Part shown: piece after piece, positions 25,460 to 37,134 of the stretch
Position numbering within the stretch: position 1 is the stretch's first letter
Layout of the letters: each line of letters opens with the position of its first letter
Assembly: GCA_001662655.1 (NCBI GenBank)
Contig: KV460248.1
Source of the DNA: Pseudogymnoascus verrucosus
Lineage: Eukaryota
Strand: one strand, 5' to 3'
DNA length: 64,000 bases
Translations under genes and position numbers: made by a program
The notes under the pieces: model-generated
Database searches by the model: none
Told to the model about the DNA's origin: nothing
The model's input: the letters and a program-made list of their open reading frames with translations, nothing else

Positions 25460-27211
25460 CTAGTCAAAGACAGGCTTCTCAGCCTTCGGCCTCCTCGGTC
25501 CCCCCTTCAGACTCTTAACCCTCGACAAGAAACCCCCCGGCTTCGCAGCCTCCTCGCCCCCGGTACTATCAGTAGTAATCCTCCTCTCCAGACGCGCACC
25601 AGGTGCTTCCCTCGCTGGGCTACCGCCTGGAGGCGATCTCGTCGGCTTGTTCTCCGGCTCTCTGAAGGTGATGCTTTCCTTCCTGCCAGCAGTACCAGCC
25701 CTCGCGGCTTCAAATTCAAACTGGAAGGGGTTATTCTCGTTTGTCTTCGGGCGGGGGCCGTTGCCATCTTGACCAGGCGAGGATGGGCTAGGGCGGGAGT
25801 CGTTGCTAGAGCCGCGTCTGGGGGGTCCAGGTGCGAACTCTCGCCTCGGGTTGTTGATGCCGCGGATCTTTTGTGCTAGTGACTTCTTCCTAGCAAGACC
25901 ACCTCCTGCCTTTGCAGCTGCAGATTCGGCAGCAGCGGTTTCGGCAGCCGTCCTCTGAATAGCGGCCTTGGAAGCTGGTGCGCCTTCTAAGAATGTCGAT
26001 GTGCCTAGGCCGAGGGATTCGTCGCCGTGTACGGGTTCAACCTTCATGGTTGAGCTTTGAAAGCTAGGCTGTGCTCCAGCTCCATTGGCACGGCCCCCGT
26101 ATGACTCGTAACTGGTACCTGCTGCGCCACCGGTAGAGAAGTCCTTGAATGCCTCCTCATCATTATTGCCAAGGAAAGCTGCGTGGTTTGGCCGCCTATT
26201 CATCGGTGGTCCTCCAACAAGGGCATTGTTCAAGGAGTCCTTGGGGAAAGCCTGCATTGGTGCGCGTCTGCTACCTTGCCTGTTGCGGTGGGGGTTACAG
26301 GCGTCAAATGGGCCATCGTGATGGAACACTGTGCGAATTAGAAACGTATAAGTTAAAGACGAGTGGATATTGCTTACCTCCCATCCCATAAATGCTGGTT
26401 GCATCCAACTGATCAATGATATCAAGTTTGCGGCTGGGTTTCTTTGGGTCCTTCAACGCTTCGCGCTCGCGGTGCCTACGCTCTCGCCTACGGCGATCTT
26501 GGCGTTTCTTCTCCTCCACTGGGTCAAGTGCCTTCCCACTGCCACTGGGGCCGCCCATCAAAGAAGAGTCCGAATTGCGCCTCGGACGACGCTCATTAGG
26601 CTTCGTATCGGTCGGGTCGGCAAAGATATCCAGCTCGTTTGTTGGTCGGCGTGGTTGTGGTTTATCGGTCCTTGGAGGGCCTGGAGGACGCCTGTCCTGG
26701 GATCGCGTCGGACGGTGGTGAGACACCGAGCCATTTGGAGGGATGTTTTCGGCGCGTGAATTATCGGTCAACGTTCTGGTGGGTTGTTGAGGGCGCGAGG
26801 TTCTTGGTTTGTCATCAAGCGTCAACTCGTCCTAAATATATGTGTTAGCCGGGAACAATGTGCAACTTGGACGGATGTAACGCTGGATTGTGTCGCTTCA
26901 AATCAAGAGCGGGGTATCAGCAAACGGGGAGTTCGTACGAATAATTCAGCGGCACTTCCTGTCAAAGGTGCCGGCTTTACTCCAGGAGATGGGAGCCTTT
27001 GCAGGCTTTCCTTAACGGTTCCTGCATCGTCGAGGAAAGGGTTCCGTGATAGCGGTCTTGGTGGGGGCTCCATTGGGGAGAGCTGGCCAGATGCGACTGG
27101 TGAAGTTGTGCGGTTGCGAAACGGGTTGTTGGAGGGAAGGTTGAGGGAGAGGCCTGCCGCCTTCGACTCTATAAGAGGGCGTTCCTGGTCAGTGACTGTC
27201 TCTTTGTCCAT
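25460..27211 (-). CDS. pal1: Pal1-family cell morphology / endocytic protein (start uncertain; a possible upstream exon near 27411-27468 is obscured by poly-G)
   Basis: RRNSDSS, LDIIDQLDATSIYGMG|VFHHDGPFDACNPHRN and GLGTSTFLEGAPAS are Pal1 motifs. Multiple NPF motifs; ends GFLSRVKSLKGG. Confidence 0.85.
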
Positions 27212-29039
27212 AGTGTTTGGCGGGAAGGGGGGGGGGGGGGGGGTTGGGGAGGGGGGGTGGGGGGGTTGAGATGGGGGGGGGGGGGGGTGGGGGGGGGGGG
27301 GGGGGGGGGTTGGTGGAGAAGCCGCCCAAAACGACGGTCTTGCGATCCCAAACAGAAAACAGCGGGGTCGCAATATGTAGAGAGCATGAGCAATAAATGT
27401 AAGAATAGCATACCTTCGCCACCGGGTTGCGCGAAAGCCATGTTGGAGTCTGTATGGAGACTTGGCATGCAACGCAGGTTGGTCCTCGTATCGTATAGAG
27501 CTGGAATCGCAAGGCGCGAGAGTAGACGGGAGTCGGTTTGACCCGCAAGCCAAGTCTCTATTCGTTGGATGGGAGATAGGGGTGATAGGTATCGATGATG
27601 TATGCGGCGTCAAGAAGAGTATTCCTAGACGTAGCGGGGAAGGGTTGTTGGAAGTAGAGTATGGAGAGTTGTGTAGTTGGTGGTGGTGGTTTTGTGTTTG
27701 TGAGGTAGAGTGGATGTATGTTTGTTTCGGGAGGCCCTTGCACAAGTTTGAAAGGGGACCCCCTTAGCCGACCGGAGAGCCAGACGCTAGCGAGGGGTTA
27801 AAGGTTAGAATGGAGCAGGCGGGACCGACCCAGAAGAAAGTACGAGTAGAGAGAGGGGGAGGGCGGAAATGCGAATGCGATAGGCTGAATTGGTCAGATC
27901 GTTGGCTCTTTGCATGAAGGATGAACGCTGAACAATGTCGCAGTCGCCACAATTCGCAGGAGTTCGCAGTCGCCAGTGGGTTTAGGGATGTAGAATTCGT
28001 GTTTCAGCGATTTTCATAGGGACAGAAGCCCGAGTTATCGCGTGTCGATCGGTGGAGAGAGTGGGGGACAGGAATGCGGTATAGCCAGACTGAGCGCGCG
28101 TAGAGTGGTAAAGAGAGTGTAAAGAGGGTGAAGGTATGAGCGGGTGAGCGGGTGAGAGGATGAGAGGATGAACGGATGAGTGTGTTTATACTTGTTGAGG
28201 AGAGGGAGAATTAGATAGAGAAGAGTGAAGAGGGCGAGTCTGATGAGGTATATCAAAGAGGGGAGGTGGGAGTAATGTATGTCTAAGCGTATGAATTTGT
28301 GTGTATGTGTCCATCCAAAGGAGAGAGGAAGAAAGAGGAGAAGGAGATAGCTTCCCCAGAAGTAGTTTCCCCTAATTACTATATTAGCACTCTTAGCAGA
28401 ATGATATCTACTGCAGTTCTAGCAGTGTCTAGCTGATGTATCCGTCCTTTCCCCAATTCCCCATTCCCCCTTCCCTCTAGAGCGGTGCTAGTATACTCAT
28501 ACTCATACTAGTAATGCATGGCTTCTCGTGTTACTTTAGTCAGAGTAGTCAGAGTACTCTCATCCCCCTCACCGCCTCCCCCAAGAGTCGATCACACCTG
28601 CTGCGCGAGGACACCTATAACACATAAACTGCCGTTAAGAAGCGGTTAAATAGGTAAAAAATTAACCAGTTTGAAAGAGCTTACAAATACTGAGGTTTAA
28701 AGGCCGTGGTACTAGTTATGCTTTAATTACCGTGCAGTTATACATACACGCAGGGCAGTACATGGGGTATATTTTAGTTTAGAGACATGTGATTGGCTGG
28801 GTATAGGTGGTCAGGCTGCATATACTCGTAGCCTCGCCGTATCGCGATTGTATGGCCGATTAGTGACAGCTTCATCTTTCAGCGATAGCCTCGTGGTAAC
28901 CTCGCCATCTCGTGATTGTACAGCTGATCTGTAACAACTTTACTGTGACGACTTGACAGTTGCAGCTTCACATTGCCAGCTTCACAGTGCCAGCATCACT
29001 TCTCAGCATTACAGTTACATCACCTCCACCACCACCACC

Positions 29040-29612
29040 ATGGCCTCCTCCTCCCATCCCCCATCACCGCCCTCCAACAACCAGCAGTCCAAGTACGGCG
29101 GCTTCACGCGCTTTGAGATAGAACTTGAAGTATACCTCCCCCCATACTCCCCTCCATCACCCATCCACTAACACCCAACCAGTTCGTCCAATGCCTGTAC
29201 GTCTAAACTTCCCCCCACACGACCCCGGAACAAACATACACCTCCATACCCTCGAACCCTTCACCACCACCACCACCACCCCCCAACCCCCCAACCCCCC
29301 TATCATCACCAAACTAACACCCCCCACCCCAGAGCAAACCCCCACTACCTCCTCCATCTCGCCACCCTCACGACCTCCGAAACCCCCAACACGCCCAGCA
29401 TCCCCCTCCTCGCCCACCCCCCCTTCATCGCCTACCTCTCGTACCTACAATACTTCTCCACAGCACCCTATCTCAAGTACCTGACCTACCCGGGGCCGAC
29501 GCTCAAGAATCTCGAGTTGTTGCAGAATGAAAGGTTTAGGAGGGATGTGTTGAGTCCGGATGTGGTGGGGCAGTTGGTGGTGGAGGGGGTTGGGGCTGTT
29601 GCAGGGAGTTGA
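29040..29612 (+). CDS. MED31: Mediator subunit 31 (Soh1)
   Basis: YGGFTRFEIELE|FVQCL|ANPHYLLHLA...FIAYLSYLQYF...YLKYLTYPGPTLKNLELLQNERFRRD. Not present as a single ORF in the track. Confidence 0.92.
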
Positions 29613-30186
29613 GGGAGGGGATTGGGATATGATAGGATGCGGAGATGAAGGCTGAAGGGGATACTATGGAAGGGAGGATGGATTCACTCAGAGAGGAAGG
29701 GCTAGGCAAGGTCTGCCACGGATATCAGACATTGGTCACATGGATATGATTGGAGATGTGGTTCTGGAAATCGGCATACCGCCAAGATATAGGGATGGGA
29801 TATGGCATCCAGGAAGAGATATAGGGTGTCACGCCGGACAGAAAAGAAAGGATGGTTAAGGGCACCACGGAGAAGAACAATGTACCAACAGGCAGATACT
29901 GGGTAGACGTTCTGCGTCCATCCCACTGGGTTCGCTCTCACCAGTGGAGAAGGAAAAAATATAATCCAGCATAAAGCGGATAGAATACATGATCTATCAA
30001 GCCAAAACTGACACCAACCCAATCCCCGTGATAAAAATACACCTGTGGCTGATCTAACTGATCTAACCTCTAAAAATACAAGTATCCAAGCCATCTATGC
30101 CCAGAACAATCGCTGAACCCCTTTCCTATCCAGACAATCTATTTATTGTCCCCATAATTTCGCCACAACTCCTTTACAGCCTACTC

Positions 30187-31848
30187 TCAATCACTCTTCC
30201 CAACAGCCCTCTCCCTCACATCCTCCGCCTTCGGCGTCGACAACGTGAAATACATAACAAAATCCTCCCTCTCCCCATACTTCTTAACCCCCTCCCCAGC
30301 CTTCACCTCCCCCTCCCCTTCCACCTTCTTCGCCTCAACCACCTCAACCCTCACCCCCTTCACATCCGCAATATCATCCCCACTCTCCGTAAACCTCCAC
30401 ATCACCCCAATCTCCCCCCTCACCGCCGCCGTTCCCCATAACGCTATTAACACACCGGGTACGAGATAAAGCAGCGCCGGCTGCGCGTGATTCCATATAT
30501 TAAGCACTGAGAGCGTGACCGCCATGCCAGCCACATACCCCACCAACGCGGCGTGGAAATACGTCTTCCTGAACGCCGCATCAGCGAGAGTAGCGGGGCG
30601 GAGGGATGCATGGCGGGCTGTCCAGAAGAGGTCTCCCGTCTGGCTAGCAGTTGGTTTTTTGTAGCTTGGTAAGGCGATATCCGATGACGCCTGGCCCTTA
30701 CGGAGGTAATGGAGATACAGATCGAATCGTAGCGCAAGCCCGATCATAATCCCTGGTAAAACAATATCGCCCAGCCCCAACATACTCCCCCTATTCGGGC
30801 CGGGAACAACGAGCATCATCGGCGCATCGAGGGTGGTAGCCACGGTGATCATGAGGGGTGTATAAAACACCATTATGATATCGTAAATAAACAGCCCGCC
30901 CATAACCAGCGAGCCCGTCCAGAAAGTGGTGGGGGACATGAGTTGCAGCGACCCGTAGCAGAACCCGAAGCCCATGAGGTTGGTGAGGTACCAGGGTTTC
31001 CCATTCATATTGTAGAGGGCTATACACGTAACCCCAATAAGAAATCCAAGGGCGTCATTGAGACGAACCCGCGATTTGGCGCTGAGGATGCCGTGGATGT
31101 AACCGCGGAATACCCATTGCTGGTTCAGGAGGGCGCGGACGGCCCAGATGCGCTTGGTTGTCCTGGCGGGGAAGCGGATGCTGGAGAAGATGCTCGGGAA
31201 TGGGTTTGTTTTTGCTTCGACGAAGCGGCGGTGGATTTTCGTCTCTGGCCGGCTGGGGGACGGTGACTCGATGAGCTGTGCAGAGAGGGTCTGGTTGATG
31301 TGATATATCTGTCCCTTCGCGGACCACATATTCGGGAAGACCACCGAGGTGGTGACGTTCAGCGCATCCGTCGCCAGCTTGCCTACTCCAAACACCCCCA
31401 GAGTCGAAAAGTAATATCCCAAAATCTGATTCAAGAGCGCGGGGTCCTTAAGCCACTTAATCAAAAAGTACAGTCCCGACAGCGTAAACCCCGCGAGGAT
31501 GGGGAACATAATCGCATCCGATGGCGTCAGACCAAGATGCTGCTCCACCTCCAGCTCCTCATCTTCGCTATCTTCATCATCCCCCTCTCTCGTCCTCCTC
31601 TTCGTTTTGATAGGTATAGCGGCTGATGGCGGACGGCGGAGTGAGGCGTGTGCGCCGGCGTAGATGGGGAATAAGGCTGCGAGGACGAGGTGCGTGTACA
31701 TCTGCGCCATGCCGCGCTCTTGCCAGAGAAAGTAAGCCCATTCGGTTATGAGGGCCTGGGGGGTCGTCGTGATGGCCGACATGGTGGCCGGGTGAGGATA
31801 AAGCGAGGGTGGAGGTGGTGGTGCTGGTGGTGGAGAGATGGGGGACAA
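30187..31848 (-). CDS. sppA: Signal peptide peptidase (GxGD intramembrane aspartyl protease)
   Basis: Catalytic YD (LFIYDI), LGLGD and QPALLY motifs in a multi-TM intronless ORF. The true start may be the downstream Met (MSAITT). Confidence 0.93.
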   Translation of the reverse strand: MSPISPPPAPPPPPSLYPHPATMSAITTTPQALITEWAYFLWQERGMAQMYTHLVLAALFPIYAGAHASLRRPPSAAIPIKTKRRTREGDDEDSEDEELEVEQHLGLTPSDAIMFPILAGFTLSGLYFLIKWLKDPALLNQILGYYFSTLGVFGVGKLATDALNVTTSVVFPNMWSAKGQIYHINQTLSAQLIESPSPSRPETKIHRRFVEAKTNPFPSIFSSIRFPARTTKRIWAVRALLNQQWVFRGYIHGILSAKSRVRLNDALGFLIGVTCIALYNMNGKPWYLTNLMGFGFCYGSLQLMSPTTFWTGSLVMGGLFIYDIIMVFYTPLMITVATTLDAPMMLVVPGPNRGSMLGLGDIVLPGIMIGLALRFDLYLHYLRKGQASSDIALPSYKKPTASQTGDLFWTARHASLRPATLADAAFRKTYFHAALVGYVAGMAVTLSVLNIWNHAQPALLYLVPGVLIALWGTAAVRGEIGVMWRFTESGDDIADVKGVRVEVVEAKKVEGEGEVKAGEGVKKYGEREDFVMYFTLSTPKAEDVRERAVGKSD

Positions 31849-32074
31849 AGGGACGAGGCTGTCGACGCATCATAGAGGGGCCGGTGGAGCTTGGAAGTTC
31901 TGTCAGCCTTGTGGTGGAACCGATTTCATGCTCAGCCTGATCGCGAATAACGACGGTTGCATCGATGAAGCGGAATATCTCAGCGCTGTTAAGAGTTACT
32001 GAACTGCGATTAGAGAAGATATATAAGAAACGCGTTACCTCTTTACCAAGACCGCGATTGAGCATAACTGCATC

Positions 32075-32693
32075 ATGGCTACCAACGTAGCTCTCGAAAC
32101 CACCATGGTACTCCCCACCCCCCACCTCCCAGCCATCCTGTCACAATAGCTAACATATCTTTCTCCAGGGCACAATCGTAGTCGAGCTCTACGCCGACCA
32201 CGCCCCAAAAGTACGCCTGCCACCCCCCCTCCCCCGTCCCCCTCTTCAAAATAACTAACCCCTCCCCCCACAGACATGCCAAAACTTCTCCACCCTCGCC
32301 CAACGCGGCTACTACAACAACCTCCTAATCCACCGCATTATCCCCAACTTCATGATCCAAACCGGCGACCCCACCGGCACCGGCCGCGGCGGCTCCTCCA
32401 TCTACGGCGAGAAGTTCGCCGACGAGATCTCGCCCGAGCTCAAGCACACCGGCGCTGGCATCTTGAGTATGGCCAATTCGGGGAAGGATACGAATGGGAG
32501 CCAGTTTTTTATTACGCTGGCGCCGACGCCGTGGTTGGATGGGAAGCATACGATTTTTGGGAGGGTGACGAGGGGGTTGGGTGTCTTGAAGAGGATGGGG
32601 TTGGTGAAGACGGGGGGGGAGGATAGGCCGGTGGAGGAGGTGAGGGTTGTGAGGGCTTATGTGCTTGAGGAGGGGGGTGGGGAGGAGGAGTGA
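32075..32693 (+). CDS. PPIL1: Cyclophilin PPIase, spliceosomal PPIL1 type
   Basis: [30 protein letters not shown]...[26 protein letters not shown]...LSMANSG...[25 protein letters not shown]. Confidence 0.93.
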
Positions 32694-32989
32694 GTCGGGC
32701 TGTTGGGTTGTTGTTGGGGGGTTAAAAGTGTGGGTGGCTTTTAAAATGGGCGGCGTTCGGACAGTGATTTGGAATTGGGAGTTTGATATAGATCTTGCAA
32801 GAATAAGATGATATGCATATACCCGTAGCTTTGGCCCGACTATAAGTTGAGTTCCAGTCTTTGACCACTAAGAGCCATTACTCATGTCATACAAGAATAT
32901 CACAGAGCTTATACAAAGCAAACAGACAGAGCAGTGGGAATTCCATTGAATTACCCACTACATCGAAGCCCTCCAACCCCAGCCCTCCA

Positions 32990-34256
32990 TCATGGACTAT
33001 CCACAGTATGTGAACTATCCGACCCCGCCCTCTGCACCGCCTTCCCCTTCTTCCCCCCCCCCCCCGTCCCCCACCCCCCCCCCCACCCCCCCCCCCCCTC
33101 CCCAAACCCCCCCCCCCCCCAAAAAANNACCGCCTTCCCCTTCTTCCCCCCTCCCCCAGTCCCCAACCCCGGCCTCTGATCCACCGTCTTCCCATCCACC
33201 GTAATCTTCCCCGACTTCCACTTCTTCACCACCCCCAATCCATTCCCCAATTTCTTCTTCGGATTAACCTTCAGCATCGGCACCCTCGCCTTCTTCTTCG
33301 GGCTCTCACCCTCATCGTCATCGTCGTCGTCGTTGTAATTCACATCCTCCAGATCCTCGAGAGAGCGCTTCTGCGGACTCAGTTTGATGTTTGGAGTCGA
33401 CCTCCTGCTCGTTGGTGGCGTCACACCTCCCGACGATTGTCCGTTGATCTTCATGATTGCAGCGCGCCCGCTCGCTCGGCCGCCACCTTTGTTGTGCAGG
33501 TTCAAATGTCTCGCAAACACCTTAATATTAATATACCTCGGACACCTCGGACACAGTGTAGTAGGGAACGTGACAGGCTCTGCCACCGCCGGGGGTGGCG
33601 ACGGGTCTGCAGAGTCAAATGACGAGTCCGGCCCATCCAGCTGACTCCCGCTAGAAGCCAAAAGATTCTTCGATTTCGACTTGCGATTCGCCGTACTATC
33701 GTCCTTAGGAAACGGGAGTCCGTAGATATCATGGCCCGGCTTATCAATATACGGATGCCTCTTACAGTATTCCACTCCCGGCTCCGGCTTGCGGGCACCA
33801 TTCCCATCAGTCGGGTGTAGGAGTTTCGGAAGTCCGCATTTCGGGCAGCGGATCTCGTGGACGGTGGCTAGCGGATTGCCTTTGATTGTGACCAGTCCGT
33901 CTTCATATATAGCTGCATCATTCTCGAGGCGTTTGGGGGGGGAGTGCTTGTGTTTTGAGGATTTTGAGGGCGTACTTGGTTGGTCGGGGAAGGCTTCGGC
34001 GGCTTCTTGCTCTATTATTATAGCAGCGGTGTTGGCTTTGGCTATTCGCTCGTCGCGGTGCACTTTGAGGACTATGTCGTGGATTATGTTGTATAGTTCG
34101 TCGTCGAGAATTGGGTATGTCTGGGTGGATTTATTGTCAGCCTAAACTTGTGAATTGGGGGGGGGCGAGGGGACTTACATATGCGTCTAGACTGTTTACA
34201 GCTTCGCCCTCTGGAGGGACAATTAATCGATCTTGTTCTTCGCTATCGCTGGCATA
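32990..34256 (-). CDS. Sgf11-like SAGA deubiquitination-module subunit (start lies in the N gap; 3' end affected by an assembly error)
   Basis: ILDDELYNIIHDIVLKVHRDERIAKAN helix, CPKC...C..H motif and CPRC...FARHL zinc-finger-like motif resemble Pezizomycotina Sgf11. Confidence 0.6.
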
Positions 34257-34833
34257 NNNNNNNNNNNNNNNNNNNNNNNNNNNNNNNNNNNNNNNNNNNN
34301 NNNNNNNNNNNNNNNNNNAATTTATATAAATTGAATCTGCAAACTCCTCAAGAATTAGCATCTCCACCTTCTCAATCAAATTGTGCAAATAGTTAAACTC
34401 ACAAAAGCAAAGTCTTGTTATAGTGGTTGTCAAGCTTCACAGCCCCCAAAATGTCAGAGCTGGTTAAACCGTTAATGTTCCCAAGAATTCGTTCGGCGAT
34501 AGCGAAGTGAAACCCGCAGCCCTGGCCCAAGCTTTGGGTCGGCAGAAAGTTGGGATCAGCGCCGGAACCGGCTCACCGCCTTGTTTATCACATGTAGTTG
34601 GCGTCTGGCCCGCATCAACATTTCCCAATAAACAACCCCAACGTTACGAATAAACAACTCCCTCTCTCAAGGACACAATTTTCTTCCAACCCAGACGTGT
34701 CCTCTACAATATCTACCACCCACGACCGGACATTTACAACTTCCAACCTCTCCTCCTCCGATTTCCTCGAACCTCACGAAAACAAACCTCTAAGCGGCGG
34801 GGATAAGAGCCCAGACACATCCCACCGCCCACC

Positions 34834-35835
34834 ATGGATAACAAAACCCTCCCTCCCCCCGCACAATCCTCAATCCGCTCCTTCTTCAAACCCAAAGCGC
34901 CCTCCTACGCCCTCCCCCCCTCCGTCAACCCCCCCAAGGGCCTCCCCACCACAGCCGCCGTCACAGCGCCGCCGCCATCCCTCCCCTCGCAATCCGCCAC
35001 GTCGACCCCNNNNNNNNNNNNNNNNNNNNNNNNNNNNNNNNNNNNNNNNNNNNNNNNNNNNNNNNNNNNNNNNNNNNNNNNNNNNTCCTCCCCTCCCACA
35101 TCCAAGCGCTAAAACGCATCAACGCCCTCCTCCTCTGCATCACCTACCCCGACTCGTTCTACACAAAGATCCTCGCCCCCACGCCTCCTCCCTCCTTTTC
35201 ACGGGCGATTCTCTGGTCCAGCTCCCCCTCTCAAACAACTCCTCCAACTCCCCCGACATTAGTAGGCGGGGTAGTATGCCGCCTCGAACCATCACCAGCA
35301 ACAGGGGGGAGAGAGGAAGGGAGTGAACAGCAGTTATACATACAATCCCTCGCCCTCCTCTCGCCTTATCGACACCTGGGTCTCGCATCCGCTGCTCTCA
35401 ACTCGATCATCACGGCGATAGTCAGCACACCCCTCTCGCCCCCGATAACAAGTCTCTACGCGCATGTGTGGACGGAAAACACAGAGGGACTGGAATGGTA
35501 NNNNNNNNNNNNNNNNNNNNNNNNNNNNNNNNNNNNNNNNNNNNNNNNNNNNNNNNNNNNNNNNNNNNNNNNNNNNNNNNNNNNNNNNTTGGAGTATGGC
35601 GCTGCCGCGGCGATGAATGGCGGGGTAGCATCGACGAATGGCGCGCCGCCGCCACAGGTGAACGGGGACAAGGAAAACAGCCGGCCCCCGCCCAAGACAG
35701 GGAGCTCATACCAAAATAGCGGGCCGGGGATGGAATGGAATGACCTCCCCACTGACATCCTCCTACCAGTCCCTTCCAGGCAGGAGGGAGGGAGTGGAGC
35801 GGTGTCATCTGCGAGCTCGAGGAGTAGTTCTGTCG
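34834..35835 (+). CDS. GNAT N-acetyltransferase (Naa50/Nat5-like), interrupted by N gaps; 3' end in a gap
   Basis: SSIRSFFKPK..., HIQALKRINALLLCITYPDSFY, GGVVCRLEP, YIQSLALLSPYRHLGLA (acetyl-CoA motif A) and LYAHVWTENTEGLEW. Confidence 0.8.
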
Positions 35836-37134
35836 NNNNNNNNNNNNNNNNNNNNNNNNNNNNNNNNNNNNNNNNNNNNNNNNNNNNNNNNNNNNNNNNN
35901 NNNNNNNNNNNNNNNNNNNNNNNNNNNNNNNNNNNNNNNNNNNNNNNNNNNNNNNNNNNNNNNNNNNNNNNNNNNNNNNNNNNNNNNNNNNNNGGGGGGG
36001 GGGGGATTTGTGTGTAGAAGGCGCCGCGGGGTTGGCGATATGATAGAAGTATATAGCCATAGAATCTGATACTCTTTCTTGTTTGGTATGCATATGTGAG
36101 GGTAGACGAACCCCACCCCCCCCCCCAATATCTATCCCCTCCATAACCCCCCTCCAACCCCCCTCTAATCCCTCAAACCCCCAATCCCATCAGCAAAAAT
36201 ACCAAATCCCCAANNNNNNNNNNNNNNNNNNNNNNNNNNNNNNNNNNNNNNNNNNNNNNNNNNNNNNNNNNNNNNNNNNNNNNNNNCCCCCCCCCCCCCA
36301 ACAAACACATCAACCCACTCATCAAGCCAATGGTCTTCGCAAACTCCCAAAGGTCACTGTAATCGACCTGGCCCGAGACGACCCTCTAAGGCGAATCGGA
36401 TCAGAGAAGAGAGGAGAGGAGGGGGAAGTCTGCTTGTGATGGGGCGTGTGAGGGGGTGGTGGGTGGTGGTGATGAGATCGAGTGGGCGGTGAGAACACTC
36501 GGTGAGAACACCACTCAGCGGTGACAGCTTACACGGCGACAACAACACCACCATCCCCGATCCACTCACAACCCATAACCCCCCCCCGGCCCCCAGCACA
36601 CCACCATCTAGCTACGCCTATGTCGAACATCACTGCGATGTTTCCGATGTGTTTGTGTCTAAGAAAAGAATGGGTGTGAAGAGTAGGATAGGTATGATAT
36701 ATCCACACAATCTCATCTGATTTACCGTTTTTCACAGCAGTACTCAAGACACACATCATTCTACTGCAAACAGTTGGGTCGGTTCTGGATGTATGTGTGT
36801 GGCATCCTCAAGGCTACCTTTCATCTGTTCAGCCCAGCCCAGCCCAGCTCAGCTCGTTGCTTTGCTCTGCTAGTTCCTCGATCGATCCCAACTAGAAAAA
36901 ACGTATGGTCGTAAAAAATCTCTTTTTCCATTTATACCCCCTATCCATAGCAACCCACCCCATAGATTTGGCACCCCCCTACTTTTGTCTCTCAACTACC
37001 TCCTGGTATCTCTTCTCCTCTTCCCCTCGTCCTCTCTTCCTCTCTTCCACCTCCATCCACCCGCGCACCACAACCACGCACACACCCACAATCCCCGCAC
37101 ACCACAGCCACCCCATCATTGCACCCAAGCAGTC

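Noticed and set aside
26903..27745. 280-aa minus-strand ORF extending Pal1 upstream
   Set aside because: The upstream part looks like UTR or intron sequence read through an unreliable homopolymer tract.
33030..33170. Direct repeat CCGCCTTCCCCTTCTTCCCCC flanking 'nn'
   Set aside because: It sits exactly across a scaffold gap in poly-C, so it is most likely an unmerged contig overlap (assembly artefact).
34598..36439. Long ORFs spanning N runs
   Set aside because: They are open only because Ns hide stops. Only the GNAT frames are supported, and the 36300-36440 fragment is unassignable.
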